A DNA stretch of 64,000 nucleotides from Cyanidioschyzon merolae (GCA_000091205.1 AP006497.2); one strand, 5' to 3'; shown: positions 1-10,698, counted from the first letter of the stretch. The notes: generated from the sequence alone by a model not told the origin. A program made the numbers and translations.

Positions 1-772
1 ACAGCATCACGAAGATCGCGTCGATCCACATCTCCGAGAATGTTGGCGTCTCTGTGCGATACCCGTATGCACAGTCTGTTTCGTGCGGTACGCCTGGGGC
101 GTACCCAGCATACGCTGCTGACACCACCAGCTACGGATGTCGTGTGCATGCATCGAACAGTGCGTGTTCGGAGATTGCAGGACAAGTTGTAGCTGCCGGA
201 GCCGGGTCCATAAGCGCTGGATCGGGACAACTCGGGGAATGCACCGAGTTGGGAGCCATCATAAGCGGTGCACACGTTGGATAGATTTGTCGCTGTCGCG
301 CGTTTCACGAAGCGAATCTCGACAGCTAATCACCTGGACGGGTCGTGTGCACGTGAAGATCGCGGAGTCAGCGTGTGTGTCGACGCGCAGAATTCGTTGG
401 GTTCTGGCGTCGACAGATGCCCTCGACTGTGCAGCGCGCCGTGCTTGTTCACCATGGTGCCGGTCCAACAGACCCAAAGTTTGAAACTTGCCTGCCGTGT
501 TAGGTGTCAGGGGTCCATCGCGAGCTTCCAAAAAATATTTCGGAAAGCGTTCTATTCTTGCGCTGCAGCGGTGCCAGCGGCCTTGCCATGCGTCTGGTGC
601 TTGCCGAACCGCACGCGAGTCGTCATGATCAGACACAATGCATATCGTACTCGCTTGCGCTGTCGCAGAGCGAGCGCAATCCTTGTAGCACGCTGGTGTC
701 GTTGCTCTCTCGGACAGACGGCACGCGGAGAATGCACTGATGCAGACGAGCCACCGCAGGCATGGCGTTCGC

Positions 773-3169
773 CTACTGCGCTTGGCCCACGGCCGGTGAA
801 TCCCGCGCTGGACTTTTGGCATCACATCGGCTATCACAAGCTGATCCCGCCTGCGCTCGAGGTCGTATACTGAACAAATATCCGTCGGCATGTGCCGTAC
901 GCTTTGGTGAGCTCGGAAATACATGGCGCTCGGGCGCAGGGATCGGTTCGATGATGAAGCCACGAGCAAGCATTTCGTTCTCCGCCGTAATTCGCTGGCG
1001 GCGCAGCGCCTCATCAGCACTGAGATCGTCATCTGGATACAGTTTCTCAGCGGCACACACGTGCCAATCTATGGGTGCTCGTAGCACGTCTGGATCGCCT
1101 TCGCGATTGAAGGTTCCCACAGTCTTAACATCTTGTGGTAACCGACCACGTTTGGGTATCCATAAGAAATGACTGCCTTCATAATAGCAGCACTCCAGGG
1201 CGCGCTGAAAATCGATCGTTTCAAAAGTCAGGTGGGGATACTTGGCCTCGTCCATACACATGACCGATTCATGAGCATCCTGTGCATCCTCGAAAAAAGC
1301 GATCGCCGGTCCGAACGGAGTATCGACCGCGATCAATTCGTATATGGGAAACTCCTCATCAGACCGGATATACGATAGCACGGAAACTTCCTCGACATCC
1401 GTGAACGAGACGCGGACAGGATCACTTACCGGTTCGTGGACACCCTTTGCATTGCCGATTCCGTCGTCAGGAGTCCATCGCTCCTCGTCCACAGGCGGCC
1501 GGCTGGACGTGCGCTCATCCAAATCTCGAGGTAGCAAAGCGAGTGGCGAGCGCTCTGCCCCATGCTCTGCAGGTACGAGGTGTCTCGGCTCCGGTGCTAC
1601 GACTGGAAACGATGACGCTGTGGCGCTTCCAGTCGATCGAGCTCGGCCAGCATCCCCTGATCCCGTACTGCTCGGTTCCGCGGATGTGTCGCTGTCAGCA
1701 GTCGCACGACAGCCACCTGTACCGCGTTCCACTGACGCGGGTACAGAGCCGGCCTGCGAGCGCAGCGGATCGCACGATCTATGACAAGGCGTCATCGGGC
1801 CACTGGTGCCACCGAGAAAGGAACTGGAGCGGGATCCTACCCCTGGCGTCGCCCCCGATGTCCAGTTCCTCGTCATTTTGGTCTCATTGAGCCAAAAAGG
1901 ATTCCACTCAGCTAACTCGCGTTCCCATGCAGCAACAGCTGACCGTTTCACAGCGTCAAGAACAAAAGTGGGCGGTGATTCAAAAGTGGGTAGGCCGACT
2001 TGCTCCCAAATGAAATCCCAGAGGCGCTCGAGCCACCGCAGAGGACTTCCACGACCACTGATCCCGATGTCACGGTCCATTGGTGGCCCTGGAAGGCAGT
2101 CCGCTGACAACGACGGTGCTCCGGATGTCGCATCATACTCTGACACGACGGACTGCTGGCTGTCGTCCGCCCAGGGCCCAAAGCCAAGAAGCCCCCAGAG
2201 ACCACCGCCCCCGCCTAACCCTCGTTTTCGGCGCCAGCGTTGGAGCATTATCTTGTTGATCTCGTTCAGACGCAACCGGAAATCGTCTTCCGAGCTTGAA
2301 AAACTCGCTGGAAGAACCGCGGGGCTCGGGGGCCGCCGCCCTCCAATCGCCACCGTCGACCCGCCTAGCACAGGCTGCTTCGACAGGCTCTCGTTCAATT
2401 TCACCAGTTCTCCAAAAAGCTCCCGCCAACGCAAGCGCTCTGCCTCCTCCGTTTCCACCGCATTCTCTGAGGCGCCAGTCCCGACCGCTAGCGCAGCTCG
2501 CGGCAAGCAGCGAACGCGAGGTATCCCCGGTCGCTCACGCACCAACAACGTAGACGGTGTCACAACACGTCCATTCGAGCAGCCCGCGCTCAGCGTTGTT
2601 GAACTCGGCGATACATAGCCAACACTGAGGCCAGAATCAACCGAGCTCGACTCATGAGAACGCCACCACTGGCTCCGACCTGGAGGCGGCGAAGGCGTTT
2701 CCGTAACAGCTGTAGTGCGCTGCGGTGGACGCTTCCACGCATACGGCCAAACAGACGCCTGTAGTGCGCGCTGCCGCCCGGGCTGTGTTGCGGCAAGTGC
2801 GTTCGTTGCCTCCGATCGAGCCTGTGCGGGCTTCAGCCAAAACATATGCGTCGTGTTAGAAGGAGCCGTGCCCAGGCCTATAGTCCAATGAAAGACGACG
2901 AGTAGCGCGCACTGTTCAAGCGCGTGCGCGCCATCGACGTATCGAGCGCGCCCGGCGGGATTTGGAAATGGGTGCGCAGCGCGCCGAGACGTTGAGATCG
3001 CGCCTTCGGCATCATGGACGCGCACGTCGGTTGCTCGCCGCAAATTGCCACGCACGCGATGGGGTCTAGAAGAAACTGTAATAATTTGTAGATTTATGGA
3101 TGGTATGGATAAGAGGGGACACAGTGCTTGGACGCGCGATCGCCGCAGCTGGGACACGAATGGACACAA
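773..3169 (-). CDS. Hypothetical protein with a conserved-looking C-terminal domain. The true start is probably internal, for example near 2845 or downstream.
   Basis: 798-aa ORF. The N-terminal ~250 aa is S/R/P/G-rich low complexity typical of GC-rich spurious ORF or disordered sequence. The region from about aa 240 to the end has balanced, W/F/Y/E/K-rich composition (RWLERLWDFIWEQVGLPTF...EEFPIYELIAVDTPFGPAIAFFEDAQD...CCYYEGSHFLWIPKRG). The ORF start at 3169 lies only 44 bp from the stop of the next same-strand gene, so the annotated Met is unlikely. No family recognised. Confidence 0.4.
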   Translation of the reverse strand: MCPFVSQLRRSRVQALCPLLSIPSINLQIITVSSRPHRVRGNLRRATDVRVHDAEGAISTSRRAAHPFPNPAGRARYVDGAHALEQCALLVVFHWTIGLGTAPSNTTHMFWLKPAQARSEATNALAATQPGRQRALQASVWPYAWKRPPQRTTAVTETPSPPPGRSQWWRSHESSSVDSGLSVGYVSPSSTTLSAGCSNGRVVTPSTLLVRERPGIPRVRCLPRAALAVGTGASENAVETEEAERLRWRELFGELVKLNESLSKQPVLGGSTVAIGGRRPPSPAVLPASFSSSEDDFRLRLNEINKIMLQRWRRKRGLGGGGGLWGLLGFGPWADDSQQSVVSEYDATSGAPSLSADCLPGPPMDRDIGISGRGSPLRWLERLWDFIWEQVGLPTFESPPTFVLDAVKRSAVAAWERELAEWNPFWLNETKMTRNWTSGATPGVGSRSSSFLGGTSGPMTPCHRSCDPLRSQAGSVPASVERGTGGCRATADSDTSAEPSSTGSGDAGRARSTGSATASSFPVVAPEPRHLVPAEHGAERSPLALLPRDLDERTSSRPPVDEERWTPDDGIGNAKGVHEPVSDPVRVSFTDVEEVSVLSYIRSDEEFPIYELIAVDTPFGPAIAFFEDAQDAHESVMCMDEAKYPHLTFETIDFQRALECCYYEGSHFLWIPKRGRLPQDVKTVGTFNREGDPDVLRAPIDWHVCAAEKLYPDDDLSADEALRRQRITAENEMLARGFIIEPIPAPERHVFPSSPKRTAHADGYLFSIRPRAQAGSACDSRCDAKSPARDSPAVGQAQ

Positions 3170-3212
3170 GCAGGGCGCTGATGCTCGGTGCTCCCGGAGC
3201 GCGCTGCACGCA

Positions 3213-3782
3213 TCACAGAGGCTTCATTCGTTCTCCTGTGTGTGATGTCTTCTCGTCGACGAATCCGTTCTCATCTTCATGCTGGCGATCGTTGTTCGAG
3301 CCATGGATGATGGCACATCTCGCCTTGCGAGAGCCGCCCGGGTACAGCGCAAAGATGGAGGGTATCATGAAACGTTCGGGGTTCATGTTCATATGGTTGT
3401 TCGGGTTCGCGAGGTACTTGATTGCGCCGTATTCGTAAACAACCGAGTCGCCCCTGAATAAAATAACGTTGAAGCGGTATTCAGCATAATTTTCATGGAG
3501 GGCATGCACTCGCTCGTTTCTCCTCGACGTTTCCCCCGTGCCAAGCATTAGGCGTCTGTTGCAGGTAACGTTGAAAAGCTCCTCCGGAACCTCGACCGTT
3601 TTCAATTCCATAACGTAATCGTACATCTCTTTCAATAAATGGATTATTCCTGAAGAAGCCTTGCAAACACTCAAGGAGCTGGACGCGACACGGTTTCTGA
3701 TAGCCTCTGGCAGCTTTTCCTCATAGGGATCCTTGATATTCCATAGAAGAAAGGCTTTCACCTCTATCTCGTCGATCTGCAA
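3213..3782 (-). CDS. Small cupin-like protein, possibly thiol-dioxygenase or ARD-like. Assignment is weak.
   Basis: 189-aa ORF in a locally lower-GC segment with balanced amino-acid composition. A His-rich motif HALHENYAEYRFNVILFRGDSVVYEYG resembles the cupin metal-binding pattern H-x-H-x3-E ... G. No strong family signature. Confidence 0.35.
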   Translation of the reverse strand: MQIDEIEVKAFLLWNIKDPYEEKLPEAIRNRVASSSLSVCKASSGIIHLLKEMYDYVMELKTVEVPEELFNVTCNRRLMLGTGETSRRNERVHALHENYAEYRFNVILFRGDSVVYEYGAIKYLANPNNHMNMNPERFMIPSIFALYPGGSRKARCAIIHGSNNDRQHEDENGFVDEKTSHTGERMKPL

Positions 3783-4856
3783 TCTTTCGGCTAGCTTCTG
3801 ACGTCGGACCTCCGGCTTTCGCTTCTTTTCTTCTCCTGTTCCTTTTTACTCGGTTGTGAATTTCGTGTTGTTCTGGCAGCCGGTGATACCGGCCCAGCAA
3901 GATCCTCGACTTCCTTCTGCATAATGCTATGTTTTTGGAAGAAACACACTTTGAACGCATCTGCTATAAACCGTGAAAAATCTCTTGAATCCACTTACTT
4001 GACGCTTGAAGCACAACTGAAATGAAAGACTGTATTTTGTCACAACTTTAACCGAAATATATCTTGTACGGTAGAACGAAACGCTATTCGTTAGAAGCGC
4101 GTTCCTCCTCAACGGCGAGATGCGCGTCGTTGCTCTCGGCTGCGGAATATGGAGGTGCGCGACCCGACCCCAATATATAGAACAAAGAGCAGAAACTAAC
4201 CACTAACTTGCAACGACGTTACGATTTCTTTCCCTCTCTATGATAAACATGAAAAGAGGGTAGGGCTTTTCGTGCTGTCGAACGTTCGCCTTCTAGGCCG
4301 AGGTTCCCGCGGGCCGGACGAGTCTGCCGTGCAATCGCTCCGTATTCCTCTGCAGTGGCAGGTGCTGTGGTGAGATCTGAGCAACTCTTCTGCAGCGCAG
4401 GTAATTCTGGGACTCGGAGCGGGTAGCATGCGTCTGGGCGTTGCGCTTGTCCTAGTGGACATCTAGTGTGTCGCTTCGCGCTGTCGCAGGTAGTACGTTT
4501 GTCTGTGCAGATCGCAGGCTCCCAGCATGATAACTAGCCCTGATTCCGTGTCAGATGGAGCATCCCTCGATCCGACGCCCTATGCGGTTTGGCAAAGCCG
4601 TTCCAGCGTGGTGCTGCATCCCTACCAACGATATAGGCGCTTTGGCTGGAACTCAAAGCAGGCACTCGGCATAAGATAGAGCCTAGGAAAACGCCAGCAC
4701 ATCCGAGAGGAAGTAAAACGAACGGAGCCTGGAAACAGAGCGTGGAATCATGGATACGTCAACGCGCGCTATTCTCAAGGGCATCGGTCACGGAACGCTG
4801 GCCTCTGTGTCAACGACTCGCTCGAAACCGAATTCCGTTACGTCTCGCCTCTTCGT

Positions 4857-6266
4857 ATGCGTGCGCTTTGGCAGAGACTCGCACGAGCGCCGAGAGAGTT
4901 GTGGCTCATCTACTTGTTGAAACTACTCTCTTCCTATGCATACTTCAGTCTCTCGTTAGCGCTCGTCCTCTACCTGTCAGAGACGCTCGGCTACGATGAC
5001 GAAACTGCAGGTCTACTGTACGGGCTCTACGGGGTCGTTGCCAGCGCGTACGGCCTTGCGAGTGGCTGGCTCATCGATCGTCTGGGAGCACGTCGATCGT
5101 TGCTTTTCGGTGCAGCGCTGGGCACGCTTGGGCGCACTGCTTTGGCGGTGCTTTCGCAACGCCTCGTGGTGACAACGCTGCTGGTCACGGTGCTTCCGTT
5201 CGCCGAGTGTCTTGGGGTGCCTGTGCTAACAATATGCATCAAGCGGTATACGAGTGGCAAAGACGGTACTCGCACAGTGGCGTACTCGTTGTTCTACACG
5301 GTCATGAACGTTGCAGCGCTCTTGGCCGGGCCTGCCGTGGACCTCTGCCACCGATTCTGGGACTTGCGCGCCCTCTTCTGGACCTGTGCGCTCGCCAGCG
5401 CGGCCATGTTCGGTATCATCCTCCTGGGCGTCCGTGAAATCGAAGTCGACGCAGAAGGCCGAACTCGTGATTTTGTTTCACCGTTTGCGGGAGAGACGGT
5501 TTTGGAATCCCTGCGGCGCCTGGCCGTGGACCAGCGCTTCTGGCGCCTGCTCGTTTTCACGACGCTCATTGTGGGTGTTCGACTCATTTTCCGGCACCTG
5601 GACGCAACATTACCCAAGTATATGACTCGAGTGTTCGGTGAAAGTGCCCCATTCGGACTATTCTATGCAATTAATCCATTCATGATCATCACTCTGGTGC
5701 CGGTTCTTGGCGTTTACACCAGTCATATCGATCATTTCCAGATGATCCTATACGGATCATTTCTTTCGGGATTCTCGGTGTTTTGGATGATGCTCGGTGA
5801 TCGGTACTGGACGGTGGCTTTGTTCATCATGACGCTGTCTCTGGGCGAAGCGGTGTACTCGCCGCGGGTGTACGATTACACAATGGCAATCGCTGCGCGT
5901 GGTAGCGAGGGCACCTACACCTCGTTGGCGAGCCTGCCACTATTCGGCGTACAGTTTTTCACTGGCTGGATGAGCGGCACCTTGCTGCAGCGATATTGTC
6001 CTGCGAGCCCGGCCAGCGCTCGGCAGCCTCGAAAAATGTGGTTCATTATCGCGTTGGCAACCGCTTGGTCCCCACTAGGAATGTGGTTTGCTCGCAACTG
6101 GCTACGAACGGACGTTGCGTCGCGAAAGGCGACCGCATCCGCGGACGCATCACCGGCGAATGCCAATGTCGAGTACGCAACGACAGTTGAGGCCCCGGAT
6201 GCCGAACAAATGACGAAGCGAGCTGTACCCGAAGACAGCATTAGCCAAAGCGTATCAATTGAATAA
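4857..6266 (+). CDS. Major facilitator superfamily (MFS) transporter
   Basis: 469-aa ORF with about 12 hydrophobic helices. The N-terminal half (LIYLLKLLSSYAYFSLSLALVLYLSETLGY...GLYGVVASAYGLASGWLIDRLGARRSLLFGAALG) shows the MFS TM1-loop-TM2 architecture with a D-R-x-G-R-R-like motif. A hydrophilic C-terminal tail follows. Confidence 0.7.
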   Translation: MRALWQRLARAPRELWLIYLLKLLSSYAYFSLSLALVLYLSETLGYDDETAGLLYGLYGVVASAYGLASGWLIDRLGARRSLLFGAALGTLGRTALAVLSQRLVVTTLLVTVLPFAECLGVPVLTICIKRYTSGKDGTRTVAYSLFYTVMNVAALLAGPAVDLCHRFWDLRALFWTCALASAAMFGIILLGVREIEVDAEGRTRDFVSPFAGETVLESLRRLAVDQRFWRLLVFTTLIVGVRLIFRHLDATLPKYMTRVFGESAPFGLFYAINPFMIITLVPVLGVYTSHIDHFQMILYGSFLSGFSVFWMMLGDRYWTVALFIMTLSLGEAVYSPRVYDYTMAIAARGSEGTYTSLASLPLFGVQFFTGWMSGTLLQRYCPASPASARQPRKMWFIIALATAWSPLGMWFARNWLRTDVASRKATASADASPANANVEYATTVEAPDAEQMTKRAVPEDSISQSVSIE

Positions 6267-7768
6267 TCTTGTCAAGGCGGACGGCCCCGATCGTTGATCA
6301 GGTAGTACATACAAAACGATACCGAGCGGATGTTATCGCCACGATGGATGATCGCTAGCAGCCGCCAAGTCACAGGAAAAAGGCTCCAAATGCTTCGTAC
6401 GCGTCGTCATGCACGGCATACGACGCGACTCCAGTCTCGATATCGCGTTGGTTCGCTCTTGATGCGGCTCCGTCGAGTCACGTTTCCGAATACGGCACGC
6501 TCACCATGACTCGGTCTGAAGCCTTCGGTCATACCAAACAACATAGCAGCAGCGTAGCGGCTGTACCCGAACAATGAGATTCGTTGTGAGTTATCGTGTG
6601 GCATTCATGGCGAGGTCGCAACGCTAGCACTCCCTGAACCAGGCTTGTTACCCGAGCACAGTGGATAGACCAGGAGCTGCAGGACGTCTGCAACCCTCAT
6701 GGAGCGCGCTCAGTCGAACACACTACAATACAAGGGCCCGCTCTTCAGCTGTGATGATTCGTCACCACATGTATCCGAGCTAATCGGGGCACGCCTCTGA
6801 ATCATCACGCTCTGGGGCACCGATGTCGTTGCCGGTACCCCGCTGCGTTCGAATCATGAACGCCCAAGCCGTGTTACTCGTTTCGCGAAAGCAATGATAT
6901 TGCTGCCGATTCCGCGTGAATCGTAGGGATTTCTTTACGAACAAGCGGTGATTGCGCAAACCTGCTCCCGACCTTGCAGGCCGCTGTGCTCCATCGACGC
7001 TCGTTCACCCGGCAAATACGAGACTTTATGGGTAAGGGTATGCATGGGCTCGATGGCAAGCGACCGAGCGCGACTCCAAGGAACGGCACGCATCATCCTT
7101 CGACAGGCAAGATACAATATCAACGCTCATGGTCAGCGCGTTTCCCCCCTAAGATATCCTGAGCGCATCGTTCCGGTACAATCGCTCGTTACCATCAGAT
7201 ATCGAGTGCGTTGCGTACTGCCAAACTCGATACGATGCGAGATATGTTTTTTCCCCAGAGATGACAATAGCTACCAGGCAAGCGTTGCGAGGGACTTTTC
7301 GTCGGTTGCAGAGCCCCATGCAGGCATCGCGTGCAGTTGTTGCGGCAGATATGGCAACACCGATGATCAGCTCGTTCGCATCTGCCCGTGACATGCACGA
7401 ATACATCATGATATACGGTACCCGCGATGCATCGTAATTGCAGCGCTTGGCCAGACGACGACACCCGTCGGCATTGCGCTCCATTCCCGCACACAATCCA
7501 CAAAGATAGCATCCTATGGAGTATGGTTTCCGCGCTATGAAGGCAGCGCTCGGTCACGGGGTTGCGTATGTCACCGAAACTTGCACTGTCGTTGCGCCTT
7601 GGTCGTACCCTGGTAGACGTCACCCGATTCGGCCCATGCCTGGCGATTGTTGTTGCACTCGCTTACAGTACAATGCAGTTCAGCGTTGAAGCGCTTCTAG
7701 CGCAAGCGCTGAACTGCCCCTCAACGCCTACACAGATGCAGGAACCCAGCAGGAACCTAAATTGCAGA

Positions 7769-8929
7769 TCAACGAGACCAGCGCAAAAGTCCGCGATGTA
7801 GTTGCACTTCGAGGAGCTCGGCTCCAACCTCTCGTACAAGGCGATTCAGAATGGAGAGCTGCTGCCCCGATTGCGATATCAGGTTCACAACGCAGCCGCG
7901 GCGGTGAAAACGCCCAGTCCGGCCTGCACGATGTGCGTAGTGAATGGGGTCGGTCGGCAAGCCCGCTGCGTTGATGACAAGCCCCACATCCGGGAAATCG
8001 AGACCGCGAGCTGTCAGTTCCGTTGTAACCAGCACTCGAATGATGCCGTTCCGAAAGTAGTCCATGACTTGTGCCCGTTGAAACTTGCTTTTTCGGGGAC
8101 CGCTGCCCTCTATGCGGCCGGATAAGGCTGCCGCAATGACGCCTCGTGCATCGAGTCTCTCTGCGTAAATATCTGCCGTGCGTTGATCAGGCACGAACAC
8201 CAGAGTCTGTATCACAGCTTCGTTGGTGAGTTCAAGATTCTCGGTGCGGAGATGATCGGGATCGTCCCAGGATTGCTTCAGTGGATCCACGGGAGACACC
8301 AGCAATCGGGTGACGGCATAGGTGAGCCTCCGAATGGTGTCCATTCGCAGATGGTCCGGCACCTTGAGGTAAAAATGACGGATGGATTTCGGTAGCAGTG
8401 CCTGGCTGGTGTCGGCACCATGCCCGGTGCGCAGTAGGAATGGTTGCTTACGCGTGCACTGTAGCGCCGTTCGCAAAACGTGCGGCTGATCGCTAGTTGC
8501 CGAAACAAAAACAAACTGGCGCTCCTTTCCAGACGACGTCGGCGAGCGAAAATGGCGCAACAAGCGCTCTGTTTCCTCTAAGTGAACACCTTCGAGCAGG
8601 CGGTCTGCCTCATCGAGCACCACGGTTTCGAACGAGGCCGCGGGAAGCCTACGACCTCTGCGATCGATCATCACCTCGATCAGGCGTCCCGGGGTACCCA
8701 CAATGACCTGCGGTGGCAACTTGCGGAGGCGCTCGAGCTGTCTCTCCACACTGGTCAGGCCGATCAGGCCCTGCGCTCGAATGCTCAAGGATGCAAAACG
8801 CTCACATTCGCGGACGACCTGAACGACTAGTTCCTGACTCGGAACCATGACGAGTAAGGTAGGCGCGCTTCGTGCCGAGCCCCGCTCAATCTCCTCGCAA
8901 AGAGTATCGATCGTTGGTAGCAGATATGC
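7769..8929 (-). CDS. DEAD-box ATP-dependent RNA helicase, exon 2 (motifs Ia through VI)
   Basis: Translation from 8929 reads AYLLPTIDTLCEEIERGSARSAPTLLVMVPSQELVVQ (motif Ia PTRELA-like). Later motifs are TPGRL (Ib), VLDEADRLL (II, DEAD), SAT (III), TTELTARGLDFP (V) and HRAGRTGR (VI). The reading frame stays open upstream of the Met reported in the ORF track, back to an AG acceptor at 8930-8931. Confidence 0.8.
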   Translation of the reverse strand, partial: AYLLPTIDTLCEEIERGSARSAPTLLVMVPSQELVVQVVRECERFASLSIRAQGLIGLTSVERQLERLRKLPPQVIVGTPGRLIEVMIDRRGRRLPAASFETVVLDEADRLLEGVHLEETERLLRHFRSPTSSGKERQFVFVSATSDQPHVLRTALQCTRKQPFLLRTGHGADTSQALLPKSIRHFYLKVPDHLRMDTIRRLTYAVTRLLVSPVDPLKQSWDDPDHLRTENLELTNEAVIQTLVFVPDQRTADIYAERLDARGVIAAALSGRIEGSGPRKSKFQRAQVMDYFRNGIIRVLVTTELTARGLDFPDVGLVINAAGLPTDPIHYAHRAGRTGRFHRRGCVVNLISQSGQQLSILNRLVREVGAELLEVQLHRGLLRWSR

Positions 8930-9230
8930 CTAAACTCGATGCCAGCTCACTTCAATGGTTAGTTTTCTTGTTCGCTTTCAGCAGGAGCACTGAGGCTCGC
9001 GCTTCCGTTGCCCGGCCTGGAGCGGCAGGGCATGACGACTCGAGCGAGTCTCGGTCTCCCGAAGCAACCCTCGCGTCGTTCAACCGACGGAAAGTCTCTT
9101 TGCTCTCGGCCGCATTCCATCGATAGGACGCTAAGCGCTCAGCAACGCGACTGGCGCTCGCCGCCGCGTCGTCCGATCGTCAAACTTCGGCCTAGTTCCT
9201 CAAAGCCGCAGCGCATAATCCATAACTTAC
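8930..9230 (-). other. Spliceosomal intron (301 nt, phase 0) of the DEAD-box helicase gene
   Basis: On the minus strand the donor GTAAGT begins at 9230 and the acceptor TTTAG ends at 8930. Splicing joins ...GSGKTW to AYLLPTIDTL..., restoring the canonical DEAD-box spacing between motif I and motif Ia. Without splicing, the frame hits a stop 12 codons into the intron. Confidence 0.8.
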
Positions 9231-9992
9231 CCATGTCTTCCCGGAGCCTGTAGGCGCCTTAATCACGCCGCTCTGACCTGTTCTCAAAAGAGGAATCGCA
9301 CGACGCTGCACCAAGGTCGGTGCGTTGATGCCGTTTGCAGCCAGTATCGCCCGCACTTTTGCATTCGCGACCAGAGCGGAAAAGTCAGCGTCAGCATTCG
9401 CTATCTCCGCTTCGCTGTCACCGGGTATGAGATACGAGTCTATCAGGGAAGCCGACGCTGCTTCCACCTGCTCAGCTGGGCTCTTTTCGACCGCCGGAGA
9501 CGGCGGCAGCTTCGCAGATGAACCCGAACGTTGCCGTCGCTTTTCACCTGGGGGTGAAGCCAAGGCTTCTTGCCCGTTGCCGTTCCGTTTCTGTGCAAAG
9601 CTAGCTGGTTTACCATAGCCGTTTTTAGGGCCGTCACGAGCACTCGGTGGACCGGAAGCATCCCGACGTCGCGGGCGCTCGCGAGCCATGCACCACCAGC
9701 GATGCCGGCTGTAGCAACGTTCGCTGCTCCTCTCCAAAGCAGTGGAATTGTGCTTTCTCGCTGAGGGCACACTTGGGCTCAACGCAATCCAAGACGGTAT
9801 TTCCGTAATCGCCATCGAAAGAAAACCTCTTGAAGCACGCTCAGCGAAGAGGCCGTCGAGTCCAGCGGTGCCAGGACGCTGTGCACGTCGCCGCGGGGCA
9901 CTGGAATGACCCTCGCCCTCCTGCAACCCGCGCTGCACCTTGTTGTGCTGAACGAGTTGATCGTCGTAGAGGTAATCACGCGGTTTCCGCAT
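9231..9992 (-). CDS. DEAD-box RNA helicase, exon 1 (N-terminal extension, Q motif and Walker A). The start Met is uncertain.
   Basis: Encodes ...GINAPTLVQRRAIPLL (Q motif) and APTGSGKTW (motif I). The codon TGG at 9231-9233 is followed on the minus strand by GTAAGT. The ORF track runs through this into the intron and hits a stop at 9192. The N-terminal ~180 aa is an R/S/G-rich extension. The Met at 9992 overlaps the divergent EVE ORF start, so the real start may be a downstream Met. Confidence 0.7.
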
Positions 9993-10050
9993 GCTTGGAA
10001 CGATATTCGGGACCGGGTTATTGTTCTTGGTCCCAGTAACGCCAACTCTG

Positions 10051-10698
10051 ATGAAACTGCGGAAACGATCACTACCTGGTACTTGTGCTGCGAGCAGTCG
10101 CCGCGCTGGTGCTGTGCGAGCCCAGGTCGAGCGCTCTTCCCCAGAAGCAGAAGCGGTTCAGTTACCCGATCGTTCGGCGGAAAAGATCCAGAAACATCGC
10201 CTTGGAGCGAAGAAGCATGCCGTTGCGTATTATTTGGTAAAAAGCGAGGGTTCAGGGCCGCGCAAGTTCACCGTTGATGACCTTGCGGCGAGTCCTCTGC
10301 GTTGCACCAGCTGGGACGGCGTGCGTAACTTCCAGGCCCGCAACGTGCTACTATCCATGCAACTTGGAGACTTTGCCCTCTTCTATCACTCAAACTGTAA
10401 GCAAGCGGGGATAGTGGGCATTGTCGAGATCGTCCGGGAAGCCTACGTCGACCAGACCCAATTCGATAGCACGGACTCCGAGGCGTACGACCCCCGTGCG
10501 ACTCCCGACAAACCACGCTGGTATGCGGTGGACGTGAAACTTCAGTTGAAGCTACCGCGACCGATTCCGTTCGAGGAGTTGAAACAGTATGCAACGCCGG
10601 GCGGTCCACTGGACGGTATGCTGCTGTTCTCGCAGGCGCGCTTGAGCGTGCAACCGGTGCGCCCGGAGCATTTTCGATTTATTCTCGGCCTTTTTTGA
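10051..10698 (+). CDS. EVE (PUA-like) domain protein, thymocyte nuclear protein 1 (Thy28)-like
   Basis: The ORF is open from 9991. The conserved EVE core reads HAVAYYLVKSEGSGPRKFTVDDL...WDGVRNFQARNVLLSMQLGDFALFYHSNCKQAGIVGIVEIVREAYVDQTQFD...RWYAVDV, preceded by a basic region (MKLRKRS). The start at 10051 is chosen because the Met at 9991 overlaps the head-to-head helicase ORF. Confidence 0.75.
   Translation: MKLRKRSLPGTCAASSRRAGAVRAQVERSSPEAEAVQLPDRSAEKIQKHRLGAKKHAVAYYLVKSEGSGPRKFTVDDLAASPLRCTSWDGVRNFQARNVLLSMQLGDFALFYHSNCKQAGIVGIVEIVREAYVDQTQFDSTDSEAYDPRATPDKPRWYAVDVKLQLKLPRPIPFEELKQYATPGGPLDGMLLFSQARLSVQPVRPEHFRFILGLF

Noticed and set aside
259-1056. 265-aa minus-strand ORF and 201-aa plus-strand ORF at the left edge of the window
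   Set aside because: They overlap each other and the 3' end of the first gene in other frames. R/S/C-rich. No motifs. The window edge prevents further assessment.
1806-2618. 270-aa plus-strand ORF antisense to the first gene
   Set aside because: R/S/P/G-dominated composition and no motifs. It lies wholly inside a longer opposite-strand ORF that has a structured region. Typical GC-rich antisense artefact.
6843-6861. Perfect hairpin gcgttc-gaatcat-gaacgc containing a TTCGAAT-like loop, considered as a tRNA T-arm
   Set aside because: No acceptor, D or anticodon arms can be built from the flanking sequence. The loop is not in T-loop register. Isolated hairpin only.
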